Below, in pieces: positions 10,493-20,944 of a DNA stretch of 64,000 bases. The DNA is from Trichormus sp. ATA11-4-KO1 (GTDB taxonomy: Bacteria; Cyanobacteriota; Cyanobacteriia; Cyanobacteriales; Nostocaceae), in the NCBI GenBank assembly GCA_019358915.1, contig JAHHIM010000036.1:352001-416000 (forward strand), in the 5' to 3' direction. The stretch's first letter is position 1. Each line of letters opens with the position of its first letter. The position numbers and the translations under genes are program-made. Below the pieces are notes generated by a model that saw only the letters and a program-made list of their open reading frames with translations, had not been told where the DNA came from and searched no databases.

Positions 10493-11169
10493 CTTGATTT
10501 TTACCTCTCTTTTAGTTGTTGAAGAGCCAAATCAATAATTTGATAGTCTCTGTTTATACATAACTATTAAAGTATGTTCTAAAAAATTAGATTCGGCTAT
10601 GGATATGAATAAAATTAGTCATATCTTTATTTATTTTTAGTAACTAGTAAAGATTTTAAAAATTGCTATTTTTATTTTTCGTTTAAGTTTATTTAAAATA
10701 AATTTTCAGTCTAAATACTGGAGTTAAATCGTCAAGATTAAGAGTAGTATTTGCGTATACTTAGCAGATAACATGGAGGTAATTAAGTCAAAATATCCCT
10801 AAATCACAAGCCTTTTGAAGCATACATTTGTCTATTCGATAAAATATTTAGCCATTGATATCCTAGAGATATCAAATATATATTAGGAATAATACGTAAT
10901 TATTTTCACTTAAACTAGATAAAAATTCTTTGAAATATATAGTTAAAATCAGTATTTCTATGAAAAATCGCAGGGAATAGGCTGGAAATTTTGATCGCAT
11001 CCGGGCTTTATGGTCAGTTTATATCCTCAGCTACGCAGCAACTGCCATACCTCAAAATAAACTTGTTTTTTTTCGTTACCTAATTGATTTTCTAAAGTAT
11101 ACACGTAATAAATTTTTTATATATTCAGAAGAAATTGAAAGGATAGAATGAACGACCACCCGCCGCTTT

Positions 11170-11203
11170 AGTCATTGGTCATTGGTACTAATGACCAATG
11201 ACT
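11170..11203. repeat. STRR-type (TTGGTCA) inverted heptamer hairpin, possible terminator after hflX
   Basis: AGTCATTGGTCATTGGTACTAATGACCAATGACT. Confidence 0.6.
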
Positions 11204-11242
11204 CGCGCATCTACAGCTTTTGATGAAAAAAGATGGCAGGAT

Positions 11243-12979
11243 TTAACGAGTATCAACAGCGTATTGAATCAACTGGGTAACCCGTTGGCGTAGAGTTTCT
11301 AATCCCAAGCGCTGACTTGCCGAAATAAACACTGCTAGGGGAAACTCTTCCTGCGCTATGGCTAGTGTTGCACTATCAGCTTGGTCAATCTTGTTAAACA
11401 CAACTAACGCCGGGCCGGGAGTTACTGGCATTTGTGCCAGAATTTCTCTGACCGAGCGAATATGGCTCAACCAAGCCGGATGGGATAAATCCACCAAATG
11501 CAGTAGGGCATCAGCTTCTGTTACTTCTTCTAAGGTGGCACGGAAGGCATCCATTAAGGAAGCAGGCAGTTCATGTATAAATCCTACCGTATCTGTCAGT
11601 AGAATCTCTTGAGGTTCACCAGCCTCGCCGTGAGAAATTGCCAGGCGGCGCGTAGTCGGGTCAAGAGTCGCAAACAATTGGTCGGCTGTATATACTTCAG
11701 CGTTGGTTAGAGCATTTAGCAAGGTAGACTTACCAGCATTGGTATAGCCCACCAAGGCCACCGAAGGTACTTCCCGATGTTGGCGACGTTGACGTAACCG
11801 TGAACGATGAGCCTGCAACTGATTCACTTCTTGTTGTAGTCGGGAAATCCGTCTTTGAATAGCCCGGCGTTCTGTTTCTAGTTTAGTTTCACCAGGGCCA
11901 CGAGTCCCAATACCACCACCTAACCGTGACATGTCCAGACCTCTGCCACTGAGTCGCGGCATCATATATCCTAATTGTGCTAGTTCTACTTGCAATTTAC
12001 CAGCACGGGATTGGGCACGTTGGGCGAAGATATCCAAAATCACTTCAGTGCGGTCAACTACCCGGACACCAATTTTTCTTTCTAGGTTACGGACTTGAGC
12101 GGGCGAGAGATCGCGGTCAAAGACGACGAGATTAGCTCCCATAGTTTGGGCAGTTAGGGCAATTTCCTGCACCTTACCTTCACCAACTACTGTCTGGGGA
12201 TGAATGCGCGATCGCTTTTGTTGAAGTGTTTGTAATACATCGCCGCCAGCAGTATCTACCAACCGTGCTAATTCTGCCAGAGTATCCTGGAATCGTTGGG
12301 GAGATAGATTATCTGTAACTACTCCCACAATTAGCACGCGATCGTGGTCAGCATCTACTTCCTGGGCGACAAATTCTCGCTGGAATTCTGCTTCCAGATT
12401 TTCCACCAAGTCAATAAAGTCTTGTTGTGCCAGCATATCTAAGCTCATAGGCGGCGATACACTAGAGTAAAGTGCCAAGTCTTGATTACTAATTGCTGAT
12501 TGTTGAGTTAAGACTAGCTGTTTAGTATTTGATACTAGGTGAGCCAAATAAGCTTCTTTGACATACCCAGTAGAGCCGCCACCGCGCCTAGTAAATCCCG
12601 TTCCAGTTATATTTAGCACTACTAAGGCATCTAAGCGTTGCAGAGCCATCGCTGTCAATGCCGCTTCATTTGGCGGTTCTGACTTGAGATGAGTGGCAAT
12701 ACAACGAATACCGCTAAGACGTTCTGCACCATAACGGGGCAATTCTAGCGGTGGGATTTGCGTCTGACGCGGTGTCCCTACCCCTACACGAAACACTTGT
12801 CCTCGACGGTTGAGATAGGCACACACAGGCTGATTGATTTCTGTGCTGATTGCTGCCAGACGCTGGGAAAATTCAGGCGTAGTGATGCGATCGCCTGGTA
12901 TGCGCTGGTGGTACAGTCGCTGTAGTTGCTTCAGCTGACTGGATTTTAAACCTTGGAGATTTCCAAAGATAGTTTCTAT
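11243..12979 (-). CDS. hflX: GTPase HflX (long cyanobacterial form), probably with a non-canonical ATA start
   Basis: GYTNAGKS, DQLFATLDPT, DTVGFI and NKID motifs. The frame stays open 51 codons upstream of the called GTG (12826), encoding IETIFGNLQGLKSSQLKQLQRLY. Confidence 0.9.
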   Translation of the reverse strand: METIFGNLQGLKSSQLKQLQRLYHQRIPGDRITTPEFSQRLAAISTEINQPVCAYLNRRGQVFRVGVGTPRQTQIPPLELPRYGAERLSGIRCIATHLKSEPPNEAALTAMALQRLDALVVLNITGTGFTRRGGGSTGYVKEAYLAHLVSNTKQLVLTQQSAISNQDLALYSSVSPPMSLDMLAQQDFIDLVENLEAEFQREFVAQEVDADHDRVLIVGVVTDNLSPQRFQDTLAELARLVDTAGGDVLQTLQQKRSRIHPQTVVGEGKVQEIALTAQTMGANLVVFDRDLSPAQVRNLERKIGVRVVDRTEVILDIFAQRAQSRAGKLQVELAQLGYMMPRLSGRGLDMSRLGGGIGTRGPGETKLETERRAIQRRISRLQQEVNQLQAHRSRLRQRRQHREVPSVALVGYTNAGKSTLLNALTNAEVYTADQLFATLDPTTRRLAISHGEAGEPQEILLTDTVGFIHELPASLMDAFRATLEEVTEADALLHLVDLSHPAWLSHIRSVREILAQMPVTPGPALVVFNKIDQADSATLAIAQEEFPLAVFISASQRLGLETLRQRVTQLIQYAVDTR

Positions 12980-13799
12980 AGGCGTTTCTGACCAGTAAAT
13001 GGCCCCCCGAATCCTTAATTATGTCTATTTTATAACAGAGTTTTGTCTGCAAACTCTATCTTTTGAGGGTTGTAATCTGTCTGCTTGAGGAAATAGTCTC
13101 TGGTGATTGACACACTACAGAAAAATATCGAGAGAATCATCTATCAAACTTAACTCAGTAGTCGTCCTCCGGTAAACTTTTGATTTTTTTCGTGAATCTA
13201 CCCTCTGTTTTCGAGACAAAGGGCTTATTTTTCCTAAATTTCAGGTAGTCTAGTTAACTTAGTTTTAATGAGTAACTGGCACAACTAGATTAGTTTGTAC
13301 TTATCAAACAAGATTGTACGACTGACTAAATAATATCTAGGTTTAATTATGTAATCTATATGACATTTTATTTTATACTCAATGCCTTAGAATAGATTAT
13401 CCCTAAGCGATGAACTTCCGAAAGTCTAGTACTCACCAAAGAAACAGGGCATTTTTGCTTGCACAAGTACATTTCAATATACTGTGCGGTTTCCGAACCT
13501 GAAATTTAAATTCAGTGTATGGGATCACTATGTTCAATCTCAGCAATTAATAAGTTAATAGAATACCATTTTTATATTTTCTTTGTTATTTTGTATTTAA
13601 CGGGACAGTTATTCATCATCTGGTGAGTTTAAATATCAAGTAAGTGAACAGTTTACCAGCAAATTCTATGCAAATTACTCACTATGTGCTTGACCTATTT
13701 CGATTCATAAGCACAATCCAAACTTCCCACATAGATTGCGTGGTAATACTCCCAATTAGCACATAATTGATCAATACAAGGAAATCCTTGCTTAGAACT

Positions 13800-14165
13800 A
13801 TGCTCAAGACAAAGAATCAGCATATTATTCTACCTGCTTTTATTAATACTGTAGAAGTAGGAACAAATCATCCAGTAGGTAGTAGAAATAAATTTACTAA
13901 GCTTAAATTTGATTTACTCCAACCATTACGTAAAAGGCTCGATGAACTCGAAATTCAGAACCGTAATTTTGCTCACTTTATTGCCAAATTAATTCCTTCT
14001 CAATGTCCTTTTGAACGAGATTTGATGCTGTTCGGTCATAAAATCGCCCACATTCCTCCTATGTGTAAGCTCAATCCACTTTATGATGAGTTTGTAGGCT
14101 TGCGCTTTCGGGCTTTGTGTTATTTAGTAGACCAGTGTGGAGAGGATATTCAATCCTACTGCTGA
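13800..14165 (+). CDS. Mo-dependent nitrogenase C-terminal-domain family protein (stand-alone)
   Basis: IPSQCPFERD...HIPPMCKLNPLYDEFVGLRFRALCYLVD.CGEDI..YC signature. Confidence 0.85.
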   Translation: MLKTKNQHIILPAFINTVEVGTNHPVGSRNKFTKLKFDLLQPLRKRLDELEIQNRNFAHFIAKLIPSQCPFERDLMLFGHKIAHIPPMCKLNPLYDEFVGLRFRALCYLVDQCGEDIQSYC

Positions 14166-14187
14166 ATCTAAATAGAGAAAATACAGC

Positions 14188-14460
14188 ATGGAAATTAAAA
14201 TTGAGCATCAACCCAGTGAAAAACGCCTTAGTGAGTTGGGTGTGTCTAAATGGGCAATTTGGCAGAAGGAAGTTTCCCAATTTCCCTGGACTTATGATAC
14301 TCAAGAAACTTGTTACTTTTTGTTAGGCGATGTCATTGTTACACCTGACGGTGGACAACCAGTGCAAGTGGGTAAAGGAGATTTAGTAACTTTTCCTGCT
14401 GGTATGTCCTGTACATGGGAAATTACAAGCGACGTGAAAAAACATTATTGCTTTGATTAG
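14188..14460 (+). CDS. Cupin-domain protein (DUF861/cupin_3 type)
   Basis: WQKEVSQFPWTYDTQETCYFLLG...GDLVTFPAGMSCTW...VKKHY. Confidence 0.88.
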   Translation: MEIKIEHQPSEKRLSELGVSKWAIWQKEVSQFPWTYDTQETCYFLLGDVIVTPDGGQPVQVGKGDLVTFPAGMSCTWEITSDVKKHYCFD

Positions 14461-14540
14461 TCAAGGATCAAGAATCAAGAATTAATTTTTTTGTCTTTTG
14501 GTTTCTTTGATGCTCCAGAATGCAAACATCTCTACAGTGG

Positions 14541-14568
14541 AAGGGACACGGTATTTCCGTGTCCTTTT
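14541..14568. terminator. Probable bidirectional terminator between convergent genes
   Basis: AAGGGACACGG-TATTT-CCGTGTCCTTTT hairpin. Confidence 0.6.
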
Positions 14569-14591
14569 GATATTATAGAATTAGGATTCTC

Positions 14592-15437
14592 TTATCGGCT
14601 TCTTCTTTGAAGCGCCCGTTCTACTGTTCCACCTCTACGAAACCGAGAAAGAACGATCACGGCTTCAGATCGAGTCACAGGTTCTTTGGGTGCAAAAATG
14701 CGAGTTTTACCATAGACACGGGCAAAGTTAAAGTTACTAGCACCATTTCCTAAATCAAACGCAATGTGTAGGAGATACTTTTCACTGATTTGATCAGCAT
14801 CAGAGAATCCTTTCGTTCGACCAATAAAAGTGCGAAGTGAATCAGGCGATCGCGCACTTGGTGCAACATTGGCATCTAAGCTTGTTTTGAGGACAATCAT
14901 CTGTTCCCGCGTCAAGGTTTCATCAGGTCTAAAATTGCCATCCTCAAACCCGGCTAAATACCCTGCATTATGAGCTGCTTGGATAAAAGTAAAGTAGCGA
15001 TGAGAATCAGGTACATCAGGAAAAGCTAATTTTGCACCTCGTGCTAGACGAATACGAATGGGATCTCGATGCAGTTCATTGTATGTCTTTATTAACCAAG
15101 CGACGAACTCACCACGAGTAATAGGTGCTAATGGTTGAAACTCGCTAGAAGTGGTTTCGAGTACCCCTAATTCTGCTAATTGCTGGATCTCTTTTTCGCC
15201 ATGAACGCCACTAATATCCGTGAAAGTGGTCAAAGACTTTAACTGGCTAATTTTAAGTTGTTTGCAGCTGGCTAAAGTTTTCACAGAAGAACTTTGGAGA
15301 TCAGTTGGGTTGTAGATGCAACTTGCTAGTTTTGGAGATTGTGCAAAAGCAGAATGACCAATTCCCAGTAATCCTAGGGTAACAATAGTAGCGCTGACTA
15401 AATTTGCCACAGACTGAATATTGAGATACATCATCAT
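14592..15437 (-). CDS. Secreted S-layer homology (SLH) domain protein
   Basis: Signal peptide; SLH motifs FTDI...PITRGEF, FPDVP...FRPDETLTREQ and FAPKEPVTRSE. Confidence 0.85.
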   Translation of the reverse strand: MMMYLNIQSVANLVSATIVTLGLLGIGHSAFAQSPKLASCIYNPTDLQSSSVKTLASCKQLKISQLKSLTTFTDISGVHGEKEIQQLAELGVLETTSSEFQPLAPITRGEFVAWLIKTYNELHRDPIRIRLARGAKLAFPDVPDSHRYFTFIQAAHNAGYLAGFEDGNFRPDETLTREQMIVLKTSLDANVAPSARSPDSLRTFIGRTKGFSDADQISEKYLLHIAFDLGNGASNFNFARVYGKTRIFAPKEPVTRSEAVIVLSRFRRGGTVERALQRRSR

Positions 15438-15744
15438 TTTCCCTTTAGTCCTCCGTGTTAATGGAGTATGAAAAACAGTTTATTTTGTCCGCCCAAAGGT
15501 CTATATGTGTACATGAGAAGGAATATGCAAAAAATCGGCACAATACCCTTGATTTGGATCTAGCCTTATGCATTCTGGCGATCGCAGGTAAAATTTACCA
15601 AGCAAGACTGGGTTTCATCGTGATTCACTCCATCTCCAAGTCAGAGAGTTCATAATCGTGTTAGTGAGAAGTTAACTATAGAAGACGCTATCCAGCAGAA
15701 TCAGTTGCTTGTTACCGCAATTATAATGAGGATATGCATAAAAA

Positions 15745-16491
15745 ATGTTACTACATTTAAGTACCTGGCAGGAAGTTGAAACTTATCTACAGCAGTCTCA
15801 AGGAATTATCTTTCCTATTGGTTCTACAGAGCAACATGGCCCCACAGGATTAATTGGTACTGATGCTATTTGTGCAGAAGCGATCGCTCGTGGTGTGGGT
15901 GAAGCAACTCAGGCGATGGTTAGCCCGACAATCAACGTGGGGATGGCGTTGCACCATACCGCTTTTCCTGGCACAATCAGTCTTCGCCCCAGCACCTTGA
16001 TTCAGGTAATACGGGACTATGTAACTTGTTTAGCTAAAGCTGGTTTTACTAAGTTCTACTTGATTAACGGACACGGCGGTAACATTGCCACTCTCAAAGC
16101 CGCTTTCTCGGAGACTTACGCCCACTTAGAAGATTTGCAGATTGCCAATGCGGCAAAGGTACAATGTCAAGTTGCTAACTGGTTTATGTGCAGTTCTGTA
16201 TACAAGTTGGCTAAAGAATTATACGGAGACCAAGAAGGCTCTCATGCTACTCCAAGTGAAGTAGCTGTTACTCAATATGTTTATCCAGAGTCAATTAAAC
16301 AAGCACCTCTTGCACCAGAAGTTGCCAGTGGACACAAAATTTATAGTGCAACCAACTTTCGAGTCCGTTACCCAGATGGACGCATGGGTTCAAATCCAGC
16401 TTTAGCAACACCAGAACACGGTAGGCAGTTTTATGATTTGGCGGTGAAAGAACTTAGCAATGGCTATTTAGAATTTTTGAGTGCAGAATGA
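15745..16491 (+). CDS. Creatininase/creatinine amidohydrolase family protein
   Basis: PIGSTEQHGP, GTD, INGHGGN and HA..SE motifs. Confidence 0.9.
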   Translation: MLLHLSTWQEVETYLQQSQGIIFPIGSTEQHGPTGLIGTDAICAEAIARGVGEATQAMVSPTINVGMALHHTAFPGTISLRPSTLIQVIRDYVTCLAKAGFTKFYLINGHGGNIATLKAAFSETYAHLEDLQIANAAKVQCQVANWFMCSSVYKLAKELYGDQEGSHATPSEVAVTQYVYPESIKQAPLAPEVASGHKIYSATNFRVRYPDGRMGSNPALATPEHGRQFYDLAVKELSNGYLEFLSAE

Positions 16492-16773
16492 ATTTGAGGA
16501 GTTAAGAAACAAACCACAGAGACACAAAGGTCACAGAGTTAGAGAAAAAGAGGATATTTTTAAGATATGTCTCGTCGCCTAGCAAGGTTAATTTGTCATA
16601 GTAATAGGAACTTAGGCACATTTTGAATGCCAAGGTTAGTATAGCCGTAGTCACATAGATTAGGACATTATTGATTGCTCAAAGCACTGAAGCCACTGGG
16701 TTTATACTCAGCACTTTGCTATAGCTAAAATCCAGTTTCATGCAAGCTGATTAATTAGGGTGAACATTAAAAT

Positions 16774-17775
16774 ATGGCTCCAAAAAGTAAGAATCGAGAA
16801 ATACTGATATTGCTACTAACTCTGTTGATTACTGGTGGACTTCTAGGGTTAGTTTTGTGGTATTTCAATTTATTACCTGGACTCATGCAAAGTCCTGGAT
16901 CTTCTCATCAGAATGCATCGCCATCTTTAAATAATGATCAATCTTCTGGCTCTCAACCTAACCCAGTTCAAAGTTTTGATTTAGGAAGTTTAGATACGAG
17001 TTTGCCTAATCCCAATATTTTAACGATTGATGGCAGTGTAACTATAGTTACTCTAGTTAAGCAGTTTCAAATTGCCTATAACTTTTTGAACCCTAACTTA
17101 CCCACAACTTACGGCATACCAGATGGCAGACCCAATGGCACTAATGCCGGACTGAAAAACCTGATCGATGGCAAAGTTTTGATGGCAGCTAGTTCGCGTC
17201 CCCTGAATTCTCATGAATTGCAAGCGGGAATTGTTGGCATACCCATCGCTCGTGATGCTTTAGCTTTAGCTGTAGGTATCAACAACCCTTACAAAGGGGG
17301 ATTAACCATAGAACAATTGAGAGGAATTTTCCTAGGACAAATTACTAATTGGTCAGAGGTGGGTGGGTCGAATCTGCCGATCAAAGTTATTAACCGTTCT
17401 CGCGACAGTGGTACTCATTCATTCTTTCAGGAGGCGGTACTTTCTGGTAAACCTTTTGCACCTGATGGGAAAAATTTTACCACTGTAGCGCAAGATGAAA
17501 CAACACCAATCTTACGGGCTTTAGGTAATGATGGTATTAGCTACAGTACAGTTACCCAAATTGAAAATCAACAAACTGTCCGCATCATTCCCATTAATGG
17601 CATATCGCCCACAGATAAAGCTTTAGTGAAAAACGGTACTTACCCTATTAGTCGAGTTGTTTATTTAGCAGTACCGCGTAAAACCAGCCCAGCCGTCAAG
17701 CAATTTGTTGATTTAGCTCAATCTCCTCCAGGACAACAAGCTGTCCAACGAGCTGGTTTTATTCCCTTGCAGTAG
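16774..17775 (+). CDS. PstS-like periplasmic phosphate-binding-domain protein, membrane anchored
   Basis: N-terminal TM helix; IDGSVT, AASSRPL, GQITNWSEVGG, RSRDSGTHSFF and YPISR motifs; no pstCAB nearby. Confidence 0.82.
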   Translation: MAPKSKNREILILLLTLLITGGLLGLVLWYFNLLPGLMQSPGSSHQNASPSLNNDQSSGSQPNPVQSFDLGSLDTSLPNPNILTIDGSVTIVTLVKQFQIAYNFLNPNLPTTYGIPDGRPNGTNAGLKNLIDGKVLMAASSRPLNSHELQAGIVGIPIARDALALAVGINNPYKGGLTIEQLRGIFLGQITNWSEVGGSNLPIKVINRSRDSGTHSFFQEAVLSGKPFAPDGKNFTTVAQDETTPILRALGNDGISYSTVTQIENQQTVRIIPINGISPTDKALVKNGTYPISRVVYLAVPRKTSPAVKQFVDLAQSPPGQQAVQRAGFIPLQ

Positions 17776-17795
17776 GAGTAGGGAAATGAATGGTG

Positions 17796-17899
17796 GGCGT
17801 TGCATATTTGCGGGACGAATTGAGCTTTTTGAGCAAGGCTAAAGGTAGATTCTTAGCCCCTTAGCGCGAAACAAAAATCATCCCGTTAACAGCAATACC
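17796..17899. mobile_element. MITE-like repeat, GGCGTTGC...GCAA(C/T)(G/A)CC family
   Basis: Ends GGCGTTGCATATTTGCGGGACGA and TCATCCCGTTAACAGCAATACC resemble the ends of the copies at 38111 and 59164; no clear TSD. Confidence 0.65.
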
Positions 17900-17906
17900 A
17901 GATTAA

Positions 17907-19298
17907 TTAACTGCGAGCTATACCTTCTTGACGGGCTGCTTGTTGGACAGCAGCAGCAACGGCGGTGACAACTCGGGGATCAAATACCGAAGGAATAATA
18001 TGTTCCCGATGCAAGTCCGAAGGTTTGACCAAAGACGCGATCGCACTGGCTGCTTCTAGATACATGGTGGTAGTAATTGTCTTTGCGCGACAATCTAAAG
18101 CACCACGAAATACTCCCGGAAAAGCCAGGACATTATTAATTTGATTTGGGTAGTCACTACGACCTGTAGCCATGACAGCTACAATTTTACTGACTAATTC
18201 TGGTTGAATTTCGGGAATGGGATTGGCCATGGCAAAGATAATCGGGTCTTTGGCCATTGCTTGCACCATTTCTGGTGTTAAAACTCCTGGTGCGCTTACG
18301 CCAATAAATACATCCGCCCCTTGCATTGCACCTCCCAAAGTACCCTGGGCTTTCACGGCAAATTCTCGCTTTTCTTCGGTCAAATCAGTGCGGCTGGTAG
18401 AAATAATTCCTTTGGAGTCGCACATCCAGATTTTTGTTGCTCCAGCTTTGCTCAGTAGCCGAGCGATCGCTACACCCGCAGCCCCAGCACCGTTAATCAC
18501 AATTCTGATTTCGGCGATTGACTTATGTACTAGTTTTAAGGCGTTAAACAAAGCTGCTAAGGTGACGATTGCTGTACCATGTTGGTCATCGTGAAACACC
18601 GGAATATCTAATTCCTGCCGTAATCTCTTTTCAATTTCAAAGCATCGCGGGGCGGCGATATCTTCTAAATTCACGCCACCAAACACCGGAGCCAAATTTT
18701 TGACTGTCCGGACAATCTCATCTGTATCTTGGGTGTCAAGGCAGATGGGAAAAGCATCTAGCCCGGCAAATTCCTTGAATAGCATGGCTTTCCCTTCCAT
18801 GACTGGTAAGGCCGCAGATGGGCCGAGATTGCCTAAACCCAAAACAGCACTACCATCTGTCACAATAGCTACAGTATTTTGTTTGATGGTTAAATTGTAA
18901 ACTTCCTCTGGGTCTTGCGCGATCGCCGTACAAATCCGACCAACTCCCGGCGTATAAGCCATTGCTAAATCAGAAACACTCTTGAGGGGAATTCTGCTAG
19001 CAATGCTAATTTTGCCACCGCGATGCAAATTAAAGGTGCGATCATAAACACTTAACACTTTAATATCTGGCAATGCTTTGACTGTTTGCACAATCGTTTC
19101 TGCGTGTTCGGTGCTAGACGCATCCACAGTCAGATCACGAGTGGACTCATTACGGGTTTGCTCAATTAAATCGATTTGTCCCAGATTACCACCACTGGTC
19201 GCGATCGCCTGTGTGACTGATGCTAACATTCCCACACGATTGGGAATTTGCAAGCGCAGGGTCAAACTAAAACTAGAGTTAGGAGTTAGGTCTGCCAT
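17907..19298 (-). CDS. NAD(P)-dependent malic enzyme with N-terminal ACT domain
   Basis: AYTPGV, TDGSAVLGLGNLG, PVMEGK, FHDDQHGTAIV, GAGAAG and GRSDYPNQINN motifs. Confidence 0.93.
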   Translation of the reverse strand: MADLTPNSSFSLTLRLQIPNRVGMLASVTQAIATSGGNLGQIDLIEQTRNESTRDLTVDASSTEHAETIVQTVKALPDIKVLSVYDRTFNLHRGGKISIASRIPLKSVSDLAMAYTPGVGRICTAIAQDPEEVYNLTIKQNTVAIVTDGSAVLGLGNLGPSAALPVMEGKAMLFKEFAGLDAFPICLDTQDTDEIVRTVKNLAPVFGGVNLEDIAAPRCFEIEKRLRQELDIPVFHDDQHGTAIVTLAALFNALKLVHKSIAEIRIVINGAGAAGVAIARLLSKAGATKIWMCDSKGIISTSRTDLTEEKREFAVKAQGTLGGAMQGADVFIGVSAPGVLTPEMVQAMAKDPIIFAMANPIPEIQPELVSKIVAVMATGRSDYPNQINNVLAFPGVFRGALDCRAKTITTTMYLEAASAIASLVKPSDLHREHIIPSVFDPRVVTAVAAAVQQAARQEGIARS

Positions 19299-19621
19299 TG
19301 TGATTTTTGATTTTAAGTTTTAGATTTTATATCGAATTTTTCTCAAATCGTGGCAATACTTTGTTAAAAGTTTCCTAAATATGAATCCAACAATGACCAA
19401 AATCTCTAGCTGTGCTTCTTGTAATGAGATCATTGTTAGTGTTACAAAACAAAGTCTGATGCCTTCAAGCATGTTTTCGTAGCCATCCAAAAGCTTACAC
19501 CTGCTAGGTGATGCCAGAGACACTCAGGCTATAGATTAGAGGCTGGGATTCTTACTCAGCACTCGGCGCTTTTTCTAGCTAAGTATTTTGGGAAATGGTT
19601 TAAACTTTTGCTACAAAAAGT

Positions 19622-19834
19622 TTAGCGTCTGGTACCAACACCACTTAATATACCTGCACCAATTGAAAACAGAATGATTGCCCAGACTACGTATGTGGAA
19701 ATTGCCTTAATGACACCAATTCCTAGCAGGAAATAAACCAACGCCGTCATTAAAAAAGCCAGACCAACAGCAACACCAACAATGTATAAAAATCTTCTAG
19801 TCTCTGGATTAGGGGGCTGGTTCACAAATATCAT
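19622..19834 (-). CDS. Small two-TM membrane protein
   Basis: 70 aa with two hydrophobic helices; GGAGG RBS before the ATG. Confidence 0.6.
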   Translation of the reverse strand: MIFVNQPPNPETRRFLYIVGVAVGLAFLMTALVYFLLGIGVIKAISTYVVWAIILFSIGAGILSGVGTRR

Positions 19835-19945
19835 TCCTCCATCATGCTTGATTGTGATTCCAGAATCACGCCACCCATTTTTACATAATTGAGATGTGTT
19901 GAGAGTTGGAATCTGGGATTCCTGTGTGATTTTTATCTGTTTGAA

Positions 19946-20320
19946 CTACAACGTCTCCAAATAGCTCAAAAGGTCTGCCATTTCTTGAGTACTAGGCTGA
20001 AATTTTGGCATTGGTGGTGTTTCGCCACTGATAACTTGGCGAATCAACCTATATCGAGACTTGCGCTGGGAAACAGCTTGCAAACTAGGACCAACTAGCC
20101 CATCTGCTTCCAGTCCATGACAACCAGCACAGTTGATTTGAAAGATAGCATGTCCTTGAACTGGGTCTCCTGTCAGGGAAAGAACACTCTTGACATATGG
20201 ATCGGAGGCTCTAACCATCTGAACACCAAAAATGCCCAAAGGGACTGCTAGCAGTATCACCAAAGCCAACAAGGCGAACCACTGAATCAGAGTTTCAGGT
20301 TTACTAATCTGGTTATCCAA
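19946..20320 (-). CDS. cytM: Cytochrome cM
   Basis: TM helix, CAGCH heme motif, GPSL, QVISGETPPMPKFQP; divergent from petG. TTG start at 20320 is inferred. Confidence 0.88.
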   Translation of the reverse strand: MDNQISKPETLIQWFALLALVILLAVPLGIFGVQMVRASDPYVKSVLSLTGDPVQGHAIFQINCAGCHGLEADGLVGPSLQAVSQRKSRYRLIRQVISGETPPMPKFQPSTQEMADLLSYLETL

Positions 20321-20510
20321 AAGGTTTACTAAAAGTTTTTCATTTCCTACACATAGCTTAAAAGTTCTTGATTGTGTCTGCAAGCACAATACATTATTTT
20401 TTCATGATCATCAGTCGCCCAAAAACACTGTAGGGCGAGGGATTCATCCCTAATTTGGTAAGATCAAAGGTAGTAACGAATGTTGAACAATTGCAAACAG
20501 GAGATTTAAA

Positions 20511-20624
20511 GTGGTTGAACCCCTGCTCTCAGGTATTGTCCTTGGTCTAATTGTAGTCACCCTCGCGGGGCTGTTTTACGCTGCCTATAAGCAATACAAG
20601 CGCCCCAATGAATTGGGCGGTTAA
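20511..20624 (+). CDS. petG: Cytochrome b6f subunit V (not in the ORF track)
   Basis: GTG start with [45 protein letters not shown]. Confidence 0.97.
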   Translation: MVEPLLSGIVLGLIVVTLAGLFYAAYKQYKRPNELGG

Positions 20625-20944
20625 ATAGTGCTTCTTTCCTGAGGAGCCAGTGACGGGTACGTAGGGGTCTCCCCCGCCCCAGGATGCGCGCAGCGCTGTA
20701 GTGGAGCATCTGGCGTTGCTGATTAGGGGAGATGAGAAGTTTCTTAAAAATTACTTACTTTTCCTCATCTCCCTCATTCTTCTGGTAAGTTGCAGGCTGT
20801 TTGCAAAATGAACGCACTATGACGATAAATAGCTTTTAGGGTTTGATGCATCAAGAAACTTGTAGTCGCATTTCCCACCATAACTAACCGTACAGACAAC
20901 CTGAAAGTACTGTATCCCATGTCCTAGTGCCCAATTACGTGTTG

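Noticed and set aside
13168..13445. DIF1-like promoters (TCCGGT-N18-GTGAA, TCCGAA-N18-GAAAC), and TCTAGA-N18-GTTCA at about 51305-51333 upstream of hetC
   Set aside because: Each has two or more mismatches to TCCGGA-N18-GTANA and cannot be distinguished from chance without TSS data.
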